From Anderseniella sp. (GTDB lineage: Bacteria; Pseudomonadota; Alphaproteobacteria; Rhizobiales; Aestuariivirgaceae), in the NCBI GenBank assembly GCA_039978075.1, contig JBDWCA010000004.1, positions 127,413 through 191,412 of the forward strand: 64,000 nt of DNA. The letters are read 5' to 3'. Position 1 is the stretch's first letter, and each line of letters starts with the position of its first letter. A program made the position numbers and the translations under genes. The notes beneath the pieces were generated by a model that worked only from the letters and a program-made list of their open reading frames with translations, made no database searches and was not told the origin of the DNA. Below, one piece after another: positions 8,859 to 17,601 of this stretch.

Positions 8859-9977
8859 GTGTTTGGCTCGAGCGAAATCCACTCATCAGCAGATGCGCGC
8901 GCATTGGCTCGTGCGCGTCTGCCATGGATGGTGTTCGACTATATTGATGGTGCAGCGGGCGAGGGGCATGGAGAAGCCCTGAACAAGGCTGCTTTGCGAG
9001 ACCTGCGGTTGCAACCGCGCATCCTTGTAAACGTAACTCAGCGCGACCTTGGCGTGAAAGTGTTTGATCACGATGCCACGCGGCCATTTGGTATCAGCCC
9101 CATGGGCATGTGCAACCTGTCCACGCCGGGGGCTGACCTCATGCTGGCGCGGATGGCAGCGCGCCACAAGGTGCCGGTCGGTGTGTCGACGGTTGCGTCC
9201 ACGTCGCTGGAGACCATGATCGATAAGGCAGACGGGCATGCCTGGTTCCAGCTTTATATCAGCGGTGACGGCAGCGGTACGACGGGCCTGTTGGACCGCG
9301 CCCAGGCATGCGGCTATCGAACCCTGGTTGTGACACTCGATGTGCCGGAGGTGGGCCGGCGTCCACGCGAGCTGCGGCGTGGTTTCAAGATGCCGTTTAA
9401 AATAGGCCCGCGCCAGTTCATCGATTTTGCCCTGCACCCGCGCTGGTCGCTTTCAACCCTGATCAACGGGCGTCCCGAAATGGCGAATTTTGTCGGGCCG
9501 GGCAACAAGTTCGACCGTACTGAAAGCCGGGCCGCGGCAGACTGGGCAAAGCTGAAAAGTCTGCGTGACCAGTGGCAGGGTCATCTGGTGGTCAAGGGTG
9601 TCCTGAGTGTCGAAGATGCAGTGCGCCTGAAACAGTCCGGTGTTGATGCAATTCAGGTCTCCAGTCATGGCGGCCGCCAACTGGACAGCGCGCCGCCTCC
9701 GATTCTGATGCTGCAGCGCATCCGCGAAGCGGTAGGGCCGGACTATCCGCTGTTTTTCGATTCCGGAATCCGATCGGGCGAGGATGTCGTGAAGGCCTAT
9801 GCGATGGGCGCCGATTTCGTGTTTCTCGGACGGCCCGTGCTGTTTGCCATGGCAGCGGGCGGCGAACGCGGCCTGTCGCAGCTGTGGGATGTGCTGACGG
9901 ATGAAACCAGTCTCACCCTGGCGCAACTGGGCAGGACGTCGATGCAGGACCTGCCTGCTACACTTACTGTTGACTGA
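8859..9977 (+). CDS. FMN-dependent alpha-hydroxy-acid dehydrogenase (LldD/mandelate dehydrogenase family), SlcD-like
   Basis: 372 aa. It carries the SSHGGRQLD active-site motif and the FDSGIRSGEDVVKA FMN-phosphate motif. Confidence 0.85.
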   Translation: MFGSSEIHSSADARALARARLPWMVFDYIDGAAGEGHGEALNKAALRDLRLQPRILVNVTQRDLGVKVFDHDATRPFGISPMGMCNLSTPGADLMLARMAARHKVPVGVSTVASTSLETMIDKADGHAWFQLYISGDGSGTTGLLDRAQACGYRTLVVTLDVPEVGRRPRELRRGFKMPFKIGPRQFIDFALHPRWSLSTLINGRPEMANFVGPGNKFDRTESRAAADWAKLKSLRDQWQGHLVVKGVLSVEDAVRLKQSGVDAIQVSSHGGRQLDSAPPPILMLQRIREAVGPDYPLFFDSGIRSGEDVVKAYAMGADFVFLGRPVLFAMAAGGERGLSQLWDVLTDETSLTLAQLGRTSMQDLPATLTVD

Positions 9978-10279
9978 AAATCCAGATGGACGAAGCCCGG
10001 TTTGGTTACGGTGGCCAACCGGGTGTTAAGCATGACCTGCGGCATCTGCACCGCACCGGGTTGCTTTGCTTGACTTCGATACCCACATCTGTGCTTGTGC
10101 GGGCATTGGACATGGGCCGCGACCAAACGAGTCGCAAGACTACTCCATGCCCGTGACAAACGTTTTTCTTCGGTGGCGACCTTGAGCCATCAAAACCGGG
10201 TTCACTGCCCGTTGCCGTCGAAAAGAAACCCAGATGCGCCAGACCTTTGCGCGCATTGCTTATAAGAAAGAATAATAAC

Positions 10280-11635
10280 TTGAAATTTTCTGACCTCGGC
10301 CTCGACAGGCCGTTGCTCAATGCGCTTGATGCATTGGGCCATGACGTGCCTACGCCTATTCAGGTGAAGGCTATTCCTACAATTCTTGACGGACGCGACG
10401 TAATCGGGCTGGCCCAGACGGGCACCGGCAAAACCGGTGCGTTTGCACTGCCATTGCTGCAGCGTCTTGCAGCGTCCGGCGGCAAACCCAAACCGAATGC
10501 CTGCCGTGCGCTCATACTGGCGCCGACCCGTGAACTGGTCACCCAGATCATGAAGTCCGTGCGCGACTATGGTTCACGCATGAAACTGTCGGCAACTTCC
10601 ATTGTTGGCGGTGTATCCATCCGACCGCAGAAAGCCACCATGGCGCGTGGTGTCGACATTGTTGTCGCCACACCTGGCCGTCTGCTCGATCTGATCGACC
10701 AGCGGGCGATGCGGCTGGATTCGGTTGAAGTGCTTATCCTCGATGAAGCAGATCAGATGCTGGATATCGGCTTCATGCCGGCCATCCGTCGCGTCGTCGC
10801 GCTGGTGCCTTCCAAGCGCCAGACCTTGTTGTTTTCTGCCACCATGCCGAAGGAGATACGCAAGCTTACCGATCAGCACCTGAAGTCTCCGGTGGAGATC
10901 GCCGTAGCTGCGGTGTCCACACCGGCTGAGCGTATCAACCAGTCGGTCATGCATATTGCTGCCGGTAACAAGATTGCTGCAGTGGCGCATCTGGCACGCG
11001 AGAACATGGGCAAGCGCGTGATCGTGTTTACCCGCACCAAGCGTGGTGCCGACCGGGTTGTGAAGCGGCTGGTGCTGGATGGCTTCGAGGCCGCTGCCAT
11101 TCACGGCAACAAGTCACAGGCCAATCGTGAGAAGGCGCTGGACCGGTTCCGCAAAGGCACTTGTCCTATCCTGGTTGCAACCGATATTGCGGCTCGTGGC
11201 ATTGATGTGCCCGAAGTTGAAATGGTCATCAACTACGAACTGCCGCATGTGCCTGAAGTCTATGTGCATCGCATTGGCCGCACCGCGCGCGCCGGTGCAT
11301 CCGGCTTTGCAGTGGCCCTGTGTGCTCACGATGAGCGTAGCTTGCTGCGCGATATCGAGCGGCTGCTGAAACGCAAGGTGGACGAAGTTCCGGTGCCCGA
11401 AGGTTTGCCGGAAATATCGTTGCGCGACATTCCGCGTGAACCGCGCCAGCGCGATCCGCGTGCCAAGCAGCAGAAAAAGAAGCGGCCGCATCAGTCACGC
11501 CGTCCTGGCGGCGGTGCTGCCAAGGGTGCACGTACAGCAGGCGATCAGGAGAAGAAATCATCACCGGGTCCAAATCGTCGCCGCCGTCCGAACCGCTCCA
11601 AGCCGGGTGGTCCGCAAAAGTCACGCGCGGCCTGA
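10280..11635 (+). CDS. rhlE: DEAD-box ATP-dependent RNA helicase
   Basis: Motifs AQTGTGKT, PTRELV, DEAD, SAT and HRIGRTARAG, plus a basic C-terminal tail. The TTG at 10280 gives the usual MKFSDLGL N-terminus. The track ORF starts at 10247. Confidence 0.93.
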   Translation: MKFSDLGLDRPLLNALDALGHDVPTPIQVKAIPTILDGRDVIGLAQTGTGKTGAFALPLLQRLAASGGKPKPNACRALILAPTRELVTQIMKSVRDYGSRMKLSATSIVGGVSIRPQKATMARGVDIVVATPGRLLDLIDQRAMRLDSVEVLILDEADQMLDIGFMPAIRRVVALVPSKRQTLLFSATMPKEIRKLTDQHLKSPVEIAVAAVSTPAERINQSVMHIAAGNKIAAVAHLARENMGKRVIVFTRTKRGADRVVKRLVLDGFEAAAIHGNKSQANREKALDRFRKGTCPILVATDIAARGIDVPEVEMVINYELPHVPEVYVHRIGRTARAGASGFAVALCAHDERSLLRDIERLLKRKVDEVPVPEGLPEISLRDIPREPRQRDPRAKQQKKKRPHQSRRPGGGAAKGARTAGDQEKKSSPGPNRRRRPNRSKPGGPQKSRAA

Positions 11636-11691
11636 CCATCGGGTAACATGGGTTCAAATGAATCCATAAAACTGCCCAACACTCTGAAACA

Positions 11692-11739
11692 GATCAGGTT
11701 TATGGTTTTTGGTTGGTTCAACCAAAAATCATCCTGATC
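11692..11739. terminator. imperfect hairpin between convergent genes
   Basis: GATCAGG...TTTTTGGTT / AACCAAAAA...CCTGATC arms lie between the rhlE stop and the CIA30 stop, with T and A runs on either side. Confidence 0.4.
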
Positions 11740-12194
11740 TAGTAGTAGCTGACGGAAGATACCGCCGCATCGGCATCGAATTCGCGGCCAATCGCGACGA
11801 TGCCGATGCGGCGAATGTTTCCGGGACGAAATGGCTCGTCCGTGCGATGGGCCTCAAAGTTTCCGAAGTCGAAATGACAAAGCGTCCATTCCGAAGGTGC
11901 GGTGAAGGCCTGCCGAAAGGATTGCCACGGGCGGGCAAGATCGCTGGTGCGCAGGTGAATGTTGTAGGTTTCGGTATTGCCGATGAGCTGCAGCGCTACA
12001 CCATTTGCGTCGGCGGGCGGTGGCGGCAGATCCGCCGCGATCTGAATGAAACCGCCATTGTTGTCGAGACTGACCCGACCGGTCATGCGGGTGGCTGTGC
12101 GACCAGTGATGACTGTTTGCTCTATCTTACCGTTCGACACTCCGCCCATCACCCGGTCGGTTACCAGATCCCACTGCAACTTGAGCAAGTTCAT
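11739..12194 (-). CDS. CIA30 (complex I intermediate-associated protein 30) family protein
   Basis: It has the DRVMGGVS signature. The ATG at 12194 overlaps the upstream stop in an ATGA arrangement. The track ORF extends to 12257. Confidence 0.8.
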   Translation of the reverse strand: MNLLKLQWDLVTDRVMGGVSNGKIEQTVITGRTATRMTGRVSLDNNGGFIQIAADLPPPPADANGVALQLIGNTETYNIHLRTSDLARPWQSFRQAFTAPSEWTLCHFDFGNFEAHRTDEPFRPGNIRRIGIVAIGREFDADAAVSSVSYY

Positions 12195-12589
12195 GCGAAC
12201 GCCCGGGTGGCAAAATATCCAACGGTTGCGGCAGAGCCGGACAGCACTGTTCCCCATGCAATGTCCACCACGGTCACTGCGACAGGCCAGTTTTTCAATG
12301 TGGCCTGATTGGTCATGTCATAAGTGGCGTAGCAGAAAAATCCGAACAAGCCGCCGTATAGAACGGCCGTCTGCCAGTCCTCATCCCGAAGGGCGGGACC
12401 GACCGCAAAGATGATCAGGCCAATTATGTAGACGGCATAAAACCCGGCAGCCGCGGGGTAATTCACTTTTCCAGCCAGCAGATGGGAAAGGCGGGAAAAG
12501 TAGAATTTCCTGGCAATGGTTCCCAACCACAGAAAATCGATCGCAAAAAAGGCAATGGCGGTGAAGATGTAGGCTGTAATCCAGTTCAT
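12191..12589 (-). CDS. DUF2177 family membrane protein
   Basis: The ATG at 12589 gives MNWITAYIFTAIAFFAIDFLWLG..., a roughly 133-aa protein with 4 TM segments. The N-terminal extension in track ORF 12191..12706 is Arg/Cys-rich and overlaps the ferredoxin gene. Confidence 0.7.
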   Translation of the reverse strand: MNWITAYIFTAIAFFAIDFLWLGTIARKFYFSRLSHLLAGKVNYPAAAGFYAVYIIGLIIFAVGPALRDEDWQTAVLYGGLFGFFCYATYDMTNQATLKNWPVAVTVVDIAWGTVLSGSAATVGYFATRAFA

Positions 12590-12621
12590 TTCACTGTCAA
12601 CGCAATCGGTAGGGCTTTGGT

Positions 12622-12957
12622 TCAGGCAGCCCTGACAGCATCTGCGATGGCGGGGTCGAGGGCAACCGTCAATCCGTCCAGTTCCTCGCTGTAGATAAGT
12701 TGGCACGACAGGCGCGACGAAGGCATCACGTTGGGAACCGTGTCGAGCATGTCCTCTTCTTCGTCCCGGGCAGCAAACAGTTTGTTTGACCAGTCGTCAT
12801 TGACAATGACATGGCACGTGGCACATGCGCAGGCACCGCCGCAAAGCCCTTCCATGGGCAGGCCGTGTTCACGAATGATCTCCATGACTCGCCAGCCTTC
12901 AACGGCCTCCAGTATGTGAGTTTTGTTGTTGCTGTCGATTACGTTGATAACGCCCAT
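12622..12957 (-). CDS. [2Fe-2S] ferredoxin, adrenodoxin type
   Basis: 111 aa from the ATG at 12957, with a GGAGAAAG RBS. Cys ligands CGGACACATCH...RLSCQ follow the C-x5-C-x2-C...C pattern. Confidence 0.88.
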   Translation of the reverse strand: MGVINVIDSNNKTHILEAVEGWRVMEIIREHGLPMEGLCGGACACATCHVIVNDDWSNKLFAARDEEEDMLDTVPNVMPSSRLSCQLIYSEELDGLTVALDPAIADAVRAA

Positions 12958-12978
12958 GACTGCTTTCTCCGTCGAAAT

Positions 12979-13006
12979 CAAACTTGTTTGCACACTAACA
13001 TGTTTG
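12979..13006. promoter_or_regulatory. two CAAAC-N2-GTTTG-type dyads 16 bp apart (candidate operator)
   Basis: CAAACTTGTTTG (12979-12990, perfect dyad) and CTAACATGTTTG (12995-13006). A third degenerate copy, CGAAGTTGTTTG, is at 13068-13079. All lie in the divergent ferredoxin/XRE promoter region. Confidence 0.35.
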
Positions 13007-13183
13007 GTTTCGCGAGTGCAATGCAGCAATTGTCGCAACCCGATGACGTTCACCAGCCGGGTCACTACGAAGTTGTTTGTATTACAGGACATCTTTGCGC
13101 TATATGTTCTGGATAACGAACAATCAGAATAACGCGATTCAGTTGAGTCCGTGAACCTGACAAAAGACCGGGGCAGGCTGCAA

Positions 13184-13783
13184 ATGGCTACACAACGCGG
13201 GCGCAAAACCCATACACCGTCCGATGTCACACCGGAACTGGGCAAAACCATTCAGCGGCTGCGCAAGGCGTACAAAATGTCGTTGGGAGATCTGTCCGAG
13301 CAATCCGGCGTGGCCAAGTCGATCATCTCGCAAATCGAGCGAAACGAGACCAACCCTACCATTTCAACAGTGTTTCGTCTGTCACAGGCGCTCGACACCA
13401 CAATTGAAGAGGTTTTGAAAACCGGCAAGAGCGACGCTTTCATCGACCACCAGACCAGGGCGGCTATCCCGTTGCTGGAAAGTGAAGACGGATTGTGCAG
13501 GCTGGCAATTGCCGGGCCCCTGAACCTGGTTGACCATCTGCAATGGTATGATTTTCACGCCAAACCTGATGGTGTGCTTGAATCGGAACCCCATCCACCG
13601 GGAACGATTGAACATCTTTACGTGGTGGCTGGGCAACTGGAGGTCACTGTGGATGGAGACAGCCGCCTTGCCAGGGCCGGTGAGGCGCTGCGCTACCATG
13701 CTGACAAACCCCACAAACTCAAGAACACGGGTTCAGCGTCCGCTCATGCCACCATGGTTCTGGTGCTGCGCCAGCCTGGTTGA
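13184..13783 (+). CDS. XRE family transcriptional regulator with C-terminal cupin domain
   Basis: HTH motif MSLGDLSEQSGVAKSIISQIERNETNPTISTVFRLSQAL, with a cupin-like C-terminal half. An alternative GTG start is at 13151. Confidence 0.88.
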   Translation: MATQRGRKTHTPSDVTPELGKTIQRLRKAYKMSLGDLSEQSGVAKSIISQIERNETNPTISTVFRLSQALDTTIEEVLKTGKSDAFIDHQTRAAIPLLESEDGLCRLAIAGPLNLVDHLQWYDFHAKPDGVLESEPHPPGTIEHLYVVAGQLEVTVDGDSRLARAGEALRYHADKPHKLKNTGSASAHATMVLVLRQPG

Positions 13784-13874
13784 GGTTCTGTAAGGGGTGC
13801 CTAAGGCGGCATGGCGGGATGAACTGTTCCAACCAGGGACTGTCACTGTCCTGATACGTCTCCGGAAATGAAAA

Positions 13875-13908
13875 CCCCGCTCTCCTTTCAAAGGAGGCGG
13901 GGCTTTTC
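13875..13908 (+). terminator. rho-independent terminator
   Basis: CCCCGCTCTCC-TTTCAAA-GGAGGCGGGG stem (one bulge) followed by CTTTTCC. Confidence 0.65.
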
Positions 13909-14000
13909 CAAAATCTGGTGCTGCAACCTGATCAGGAGATTCTGTGCAATCGGCGCAACTGGAGAGTGTTGCGGGAAAGCATATAGGCGGTGGTGACGAC

Positions 14001-14258
14001 CTAGTTACAGTAAGACTTGATGATAGGTGTCGTCGGCAACGTGCTTGCCTGATATTTGTCGATAGTGCTGTGAGCTTCCATCAGGCTCGTGCACAGCCGT
14101 GACTGCTGCGACATCACGGAAAACGAGTTTACACCGAGGACCACCAGAACCGCGAACAGTACCACGCAAATGCGTGCCAGCGTATTGGCGACACTGAGGC
14201 GTTCGTTTGCCAGTTTCTGCCACGGTACCATTTGCTCGGATTGCGCTACTCGTAACAT
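14001..14258 (-). CDS. hypothetical single-pass membrane protein (85 aa)
   Basis: A GGGAGAG RBS lies about 7 nt upstream of the ATG. It has one TM segment (ICVVLFAVLVVLGVNSFSV) and a C-terminal part containing two Cys. No family recognised. Confidence 0.45.
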   Translation of the reverse strand: MLRVAQSEQMVPWQKLANERLSVANTLARICVVLFAVLVVLGVNSFSVMSQQSRLCTSLMEAHSTIDKYQASTLPTTPIIKSYCN

Positions 14259-14528
14259 TGTCTTCTCTCCCGCTAACTTAACTAAATGTTCCCAGATGCC
14301 CGGTGATGTGTGTGGGCTTGATGAGGATTTGTTTACTACAACGTTTGGCCGAACGGGTCTTAAATCCCTTGTTAACGTTTCGCATTTCTGAACGAATAGG
14401 AGACAATTTTACGCAAATTTTCGGTGTATTTTGTAATTGCTCAGCACGCGGGAATTGCGCGCTGTAGCAAATTCGCTAAATTCAGCGGGAATACCGGGGG
14501 CGATTCGGGCGAGAGGGTTACGCAAACC

Positions 14529-15584
14529 ATGATTGGTGCGTTTATTTGCGGTTGCGCGGGTGTTGAGCTCAGCGCGGATGAAGAGGCCTTTTTTCGTGAC
14601 GCACAGCCTTGGGGACTGATCCTGTTTGGCCGGAATGTTGAAAACCGCAAGCAGATTTGTGATCTGACGTCGCGGTTTCGGGAACTTGTCGGCCGAACCG
14701 ACGCACCTGTGCTTATCGATCAGGAAGGCGGCAGGGTGCAGCGCATGGGCCCGCCTGAGTGGCGCAAGTATCCTCCCGGGCGGGCATATGCCGACATTTA
14801 TGAGCTTGATGCACTAACCGGCCTGTCGGCGACCCGGCTGGTTTACCGGTTGCTGGCCAGGGACCTGGCTGAGGTTGGCATCAATGTCGACTGTGTGCCG
14901 GTGCTGGACGTGCCGCAGGCCGGCAGCCATAAGATCATCGGTGACCGGGCCTACGGGAATAGTCCCGAGCAGGTTGCACTGCTGGGCAGGGCGGCTGCGC
15001 AGGGCCTGATGGACGGCGGCGTGTTGCCAATCATCAAGCATATCCCCGGCCACGGCCGTGCGTTTTCCGACAGTCACCTGGAATTACCGGTTGTCGATGC
15101 CGCACACCACGAACTGGAGCGGGTGGATTTTGCACCGTTTGCGGCTCTGGCTGATATTCCAATGGCAATGACGGCCCATGTCGTCTATTCGGCAATTGAT
15201 GAAGATGCGCCGTGCACACTGTCTGCGACTGTCATTGGCGAGGTGGTTCGCAAGCAGATCGGGTTTGACGGCCTGCTTATGAGTGATGATTTGTCCATGA
15301 AGGCGCTGGATGCATCGCTGGTCCAGGTCGTTGGCGAAAACCTGTCCAATTTCAGGTCGTCAATGCATGCACGCAGCGAACTGGCACTGACAGCCGGTTG
15401 TGATGTGCTGTTGCATTGCAATGGAGATATTGAGGAGATGGTACAGGTTGCCGACGCTGCCGGTACCCTGAAAGGTACGGCGCTGAAGCGGGCGATGAGA
15501 GCGCTGTCATTCCTGCGCAAACCGGATGATTTCGACGTGGCTGAAGCAGAGCGCGTCCTGGACAGCATGATGGCAATGGCCTGA
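14529..15584 (+). CDS. nagZ: beta-N-acetylhexosaminidase (GH3)
   Basis: It carries the KHIPGHGRAFSDSHLELP motif. The ATG at 14529 gives the usual short N-terminus. The track ORF starts at 14424. Confidence 0.9.
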   Translation: MIGAFICGCAGVELSADEEAFFRDAQPWGLILFGRNVENRKQICDLTSRFRELVGRTDAPVLIDQEGGRVQRMGPPEWRKYPPGRAYADIYELDALTGLSATRLVYRLLARDLAEVGINVDCVPVLDVPQAGSHKIIGDRAYGNSPEQVALLGRAAAQGLMDGGVLPIIKHIPGHGRAFSDSHLELPVVDAAHHELERVDFAPFAALADIPMAMTAHVVYSAIDEDAPCTLSATVIGEVVRKQIGFDGLLMSDDLSMKALDASLVQVVGENLSNFRSSMHARSELALTAGCDVLLHCNGDIEEMVQVADAAGTLKGTALKRAMRALSFLRKPDDFDVAEAERVLDSMMAMA

Positions 15585-15729
15585 GTGGGCCGGCACATTT
15601 TCATCACATGGCGGCCACATCACTTGAGGATAAGTGCGCGTAGCCGCTGTCAGAGATGGCCAATCACGCTATATCTGGTGTATTGATTGTGACGAGCCCG
15701 CGACATGTGGGCAATGGAATGCGGATTTC

Positions 15730-16557
15730 ATGAGCAAAGAGACGACAACTCCAGGACAGGACGAGCTTTGGCCGGATGGCCAGGGCCCGGTGCGTCTTAT
15801 GCCGGAGCCGGAAGACGACGGCTTGCCGCTGATTGTTGATCTGGATGGATTTGAAGGCCCGCTTGATCTCCTGCTGCAGCTGGCGCGCAACCAGAAAGTC
15901 GACATCACCAGGATTTCCATTCTTGCACTTGCCGAACAGTATCTCGTGTTTATCGAAGATGCGCGCAAGATGAAGCTGGAACTTGCTGCTGATTATCTCG
16001 TCATGGCGGCCTGGCTTGCCTATCTCAAATCACGCCTTTTGTTGCCCAAGGAAGCCGATGACGGTGATGAACCGCCACCGGAAGAACTTGCGGCCCGGTT
16101 GCAGTTCCGGTTGCAGCGATTGCAGGCCATGCGTGATGCAGGTGCAAAGCTGATGTCTCGAAACCGTCTCGGACGTGATGTTTTTGCCCGAGGCTGGCCG
16201 GAGCCTGTCGTTGTTGAAAAGCAGGTTGAGTGGGGCGATACGCTGATTGACCTGCTGCAGGTCTATGCAGACCGCCGGCAGCGCAAGGCTGCACACCATA
16301 ATTACGAAATCAAGCGGATGCCGGTATGGACCCTGAAGGAGGCCCGTACGGCGCTGGAACGGATGTTGGGCACCATGGATGACTGGGGCCGGTTTGACGC
16401 CTATTTGCTGGAATACATGGTGGAACCGGAAAAACGCGCATCTGTGATTGCGTCCGGCTTTACCGCATCGCTGGAACTGGCGCGCGAAGGCGTGCTTGAA
16501 GTGCGGCAGGAAAAGGCATTTGAGGCGATTTACATGCGCCGGGCGCGCGCTGGATAA
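15730..16557 (+). CDS. scpA: segregation and condensation protein A
   Basis: GFEGPLDLLLQLARNQKVDITRISILALAEQYL. The ATG at 15730 was chosen; the track ORF starts at 15634. Confidence 0.9.
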   Translation: MSKETTTPGQDELWPDGQGPVRLMPEPEDDGLPLIVDLDGFEGPLDLLLQLARNQKVDITRISILALAEQYLVFIEDARKMKLELAADYLVMAAWLAYLKSRLLLPKEADDGDEPPPEELAARLQFRLQRLQAMRDAGAKLMSRNRLGRDVFARGWPEPVVVEKQVEWGDTLIDLLQVYADRRQRKAAHHNYEIKRMPVWTLKEARTALERMLGTMDDWGRFDAYLLEYMVEPEKRASVIASGFTASLELAREGVLEVRQEKAFEAIYMRRARAG

Positions 16558-16604
16558 ATTATGCGGCCCGTACAGGGACCGTTTGGGGCAAGAGGGTTTA
16601 CAAG

Positions 16605-17513
16605 TTGGCCAAGCAAGCTGTGAAGATCGAGAACGGACATCAGCCGTCGCACGACCTTGAGGAAGAAGTGGCGGAAATTGCTGCGTCCGATGAGGGTATT
16701 GTGTCTCAACAGGACCTGCCGCCGGTCGATGACAGTGATCTGCCGGATTATCTGTTGCGCAAGGGTGATGCGATATCCGGCGTCATGCCGGAATTGCAGC
16801 AGCAGCGTGTGGTCGAAGCTCTGCTGTTTGCGGCAACCGGACCGTTGTCAGAAGCCGAGCTTGCTGCAGCTCTGCCGAAGGGTACCGATATGGCGGCACT
16901 TCTGGCTGCGGTGCAGGAAAGCTATCAGATGCGTGGCGTGAACTTGATGCAGATTGCGGGAAAATGGGCATTTCGCACCGCTGATGATTTGAGCTTCCTG
17001 TTGCGTGAAGAAGCCACCGAGCAGAAGAAGCTGTCGCGGGCAGGCCTCGAAGTTCTGTCGATCATTGCTTACCATCAGCCGGTTACCCGCGCTGAGATAG
17101 AAGATATTCGCGGGGTGGCCACCGCCAAGGGGACGCTGGATATCCTGATGGAAATAGGCTGGATCAAGATGCGGGGACGCAGGCGTACACCTGGTCGCCC
17201 GGTAACCTATGGCACGACACAGGAATTCCTGGAACATTTCGGATTGAACGAAATACGGGATCTACCTGGAATGGTTGAATTAAAAGGTGCCGGGCTGCTG
17301 TCTGGTAACCTGCCACCTGACATGTTCATACCAAGCCCCAGCGATGAAGACACACTGGGTCCGGATGAAGATCCGCTGGATTCAACGGATTTCGAGCCGG
17401 AGCTTGAAATGCATCTGCCGGATGATGAAGAGACCGACGATGCGGCGGGCGAACCTGATGAAGCGCTGAACATGGACTTGCCCGAAGTGCTGGATGACGA
17501 GGGCAAGAGTTAG
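16605..17513 (+). CDS. scpB: SMC-Scp complex subunit ScpB
   Basis: VVEALLFAATGPLSEAEL and AYHQPVTRAEIEDIRGV motifs with an acidic C-terminal tail. The start is a TTG and is uncertain. Confidence 0.88.
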   Translation: MAKQAVKIENGHQPSHDLEEEVAEIAASDEGIVSQQDLPPVDDSDLPDYLLRKGDAISGVMPELQQQRVVEALLFAATGPLSEAELAAALPKGTDMAALLAAVQESYQMRGVNLMQIAGKWAFRTADDLSFLLREEATEQKKLSRAGLEVLSIIAYHQPVTRAEIEDIRGVATAKGTLDILMEIGWIKMRGRRRTPGRPVTYGTTQEFLEHFGLNEIRDLPGMVELKGAGLLSGNLPPDMFIPSPSDEDTLGPDEDPLDSTDFEPELEMHLPDDEETDDAAGEPDEALNMDLPEVLDDEGKS

Positions 17514-17601
17514 AGCGCCTTGCGCAGGCCGCCTGCTGCAGCAACATTCGCGTGCTTGAATGCTGGATAGTTGGGCTTGGTTGGTGTAATCACGACCCGC
17601 A

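Noticed and set aside
9978-10279. About 300-bp gap upstream of rhlE with two minus-strand track ORFs (9797..10159 and 10006..10320)
   Set aside because: The ORF translations are not protein-like. Long 5' leaders are common for DEAD-box helicase genes, and I could not identify a specific RNA motif.
11651-11665. GGTTCAAATGAATCC, which resembles a tRNA T-arm/T-loop
   Set aside because: It has an extra base relative to GGTTCAAATCC. No acceptor, D-arm or anticodon arm can be drawn in the flanking sequence, and it lies just past the rhlE stop.
14360-14376. TTAAATCCCTTGTTAAC upstream of nagZ, resembling a CtrA box
   Set aside because: The spacing is TTAA-N8-TTAAC, not the required TTAA-N7-TTAAC, and it is a single occurrence.
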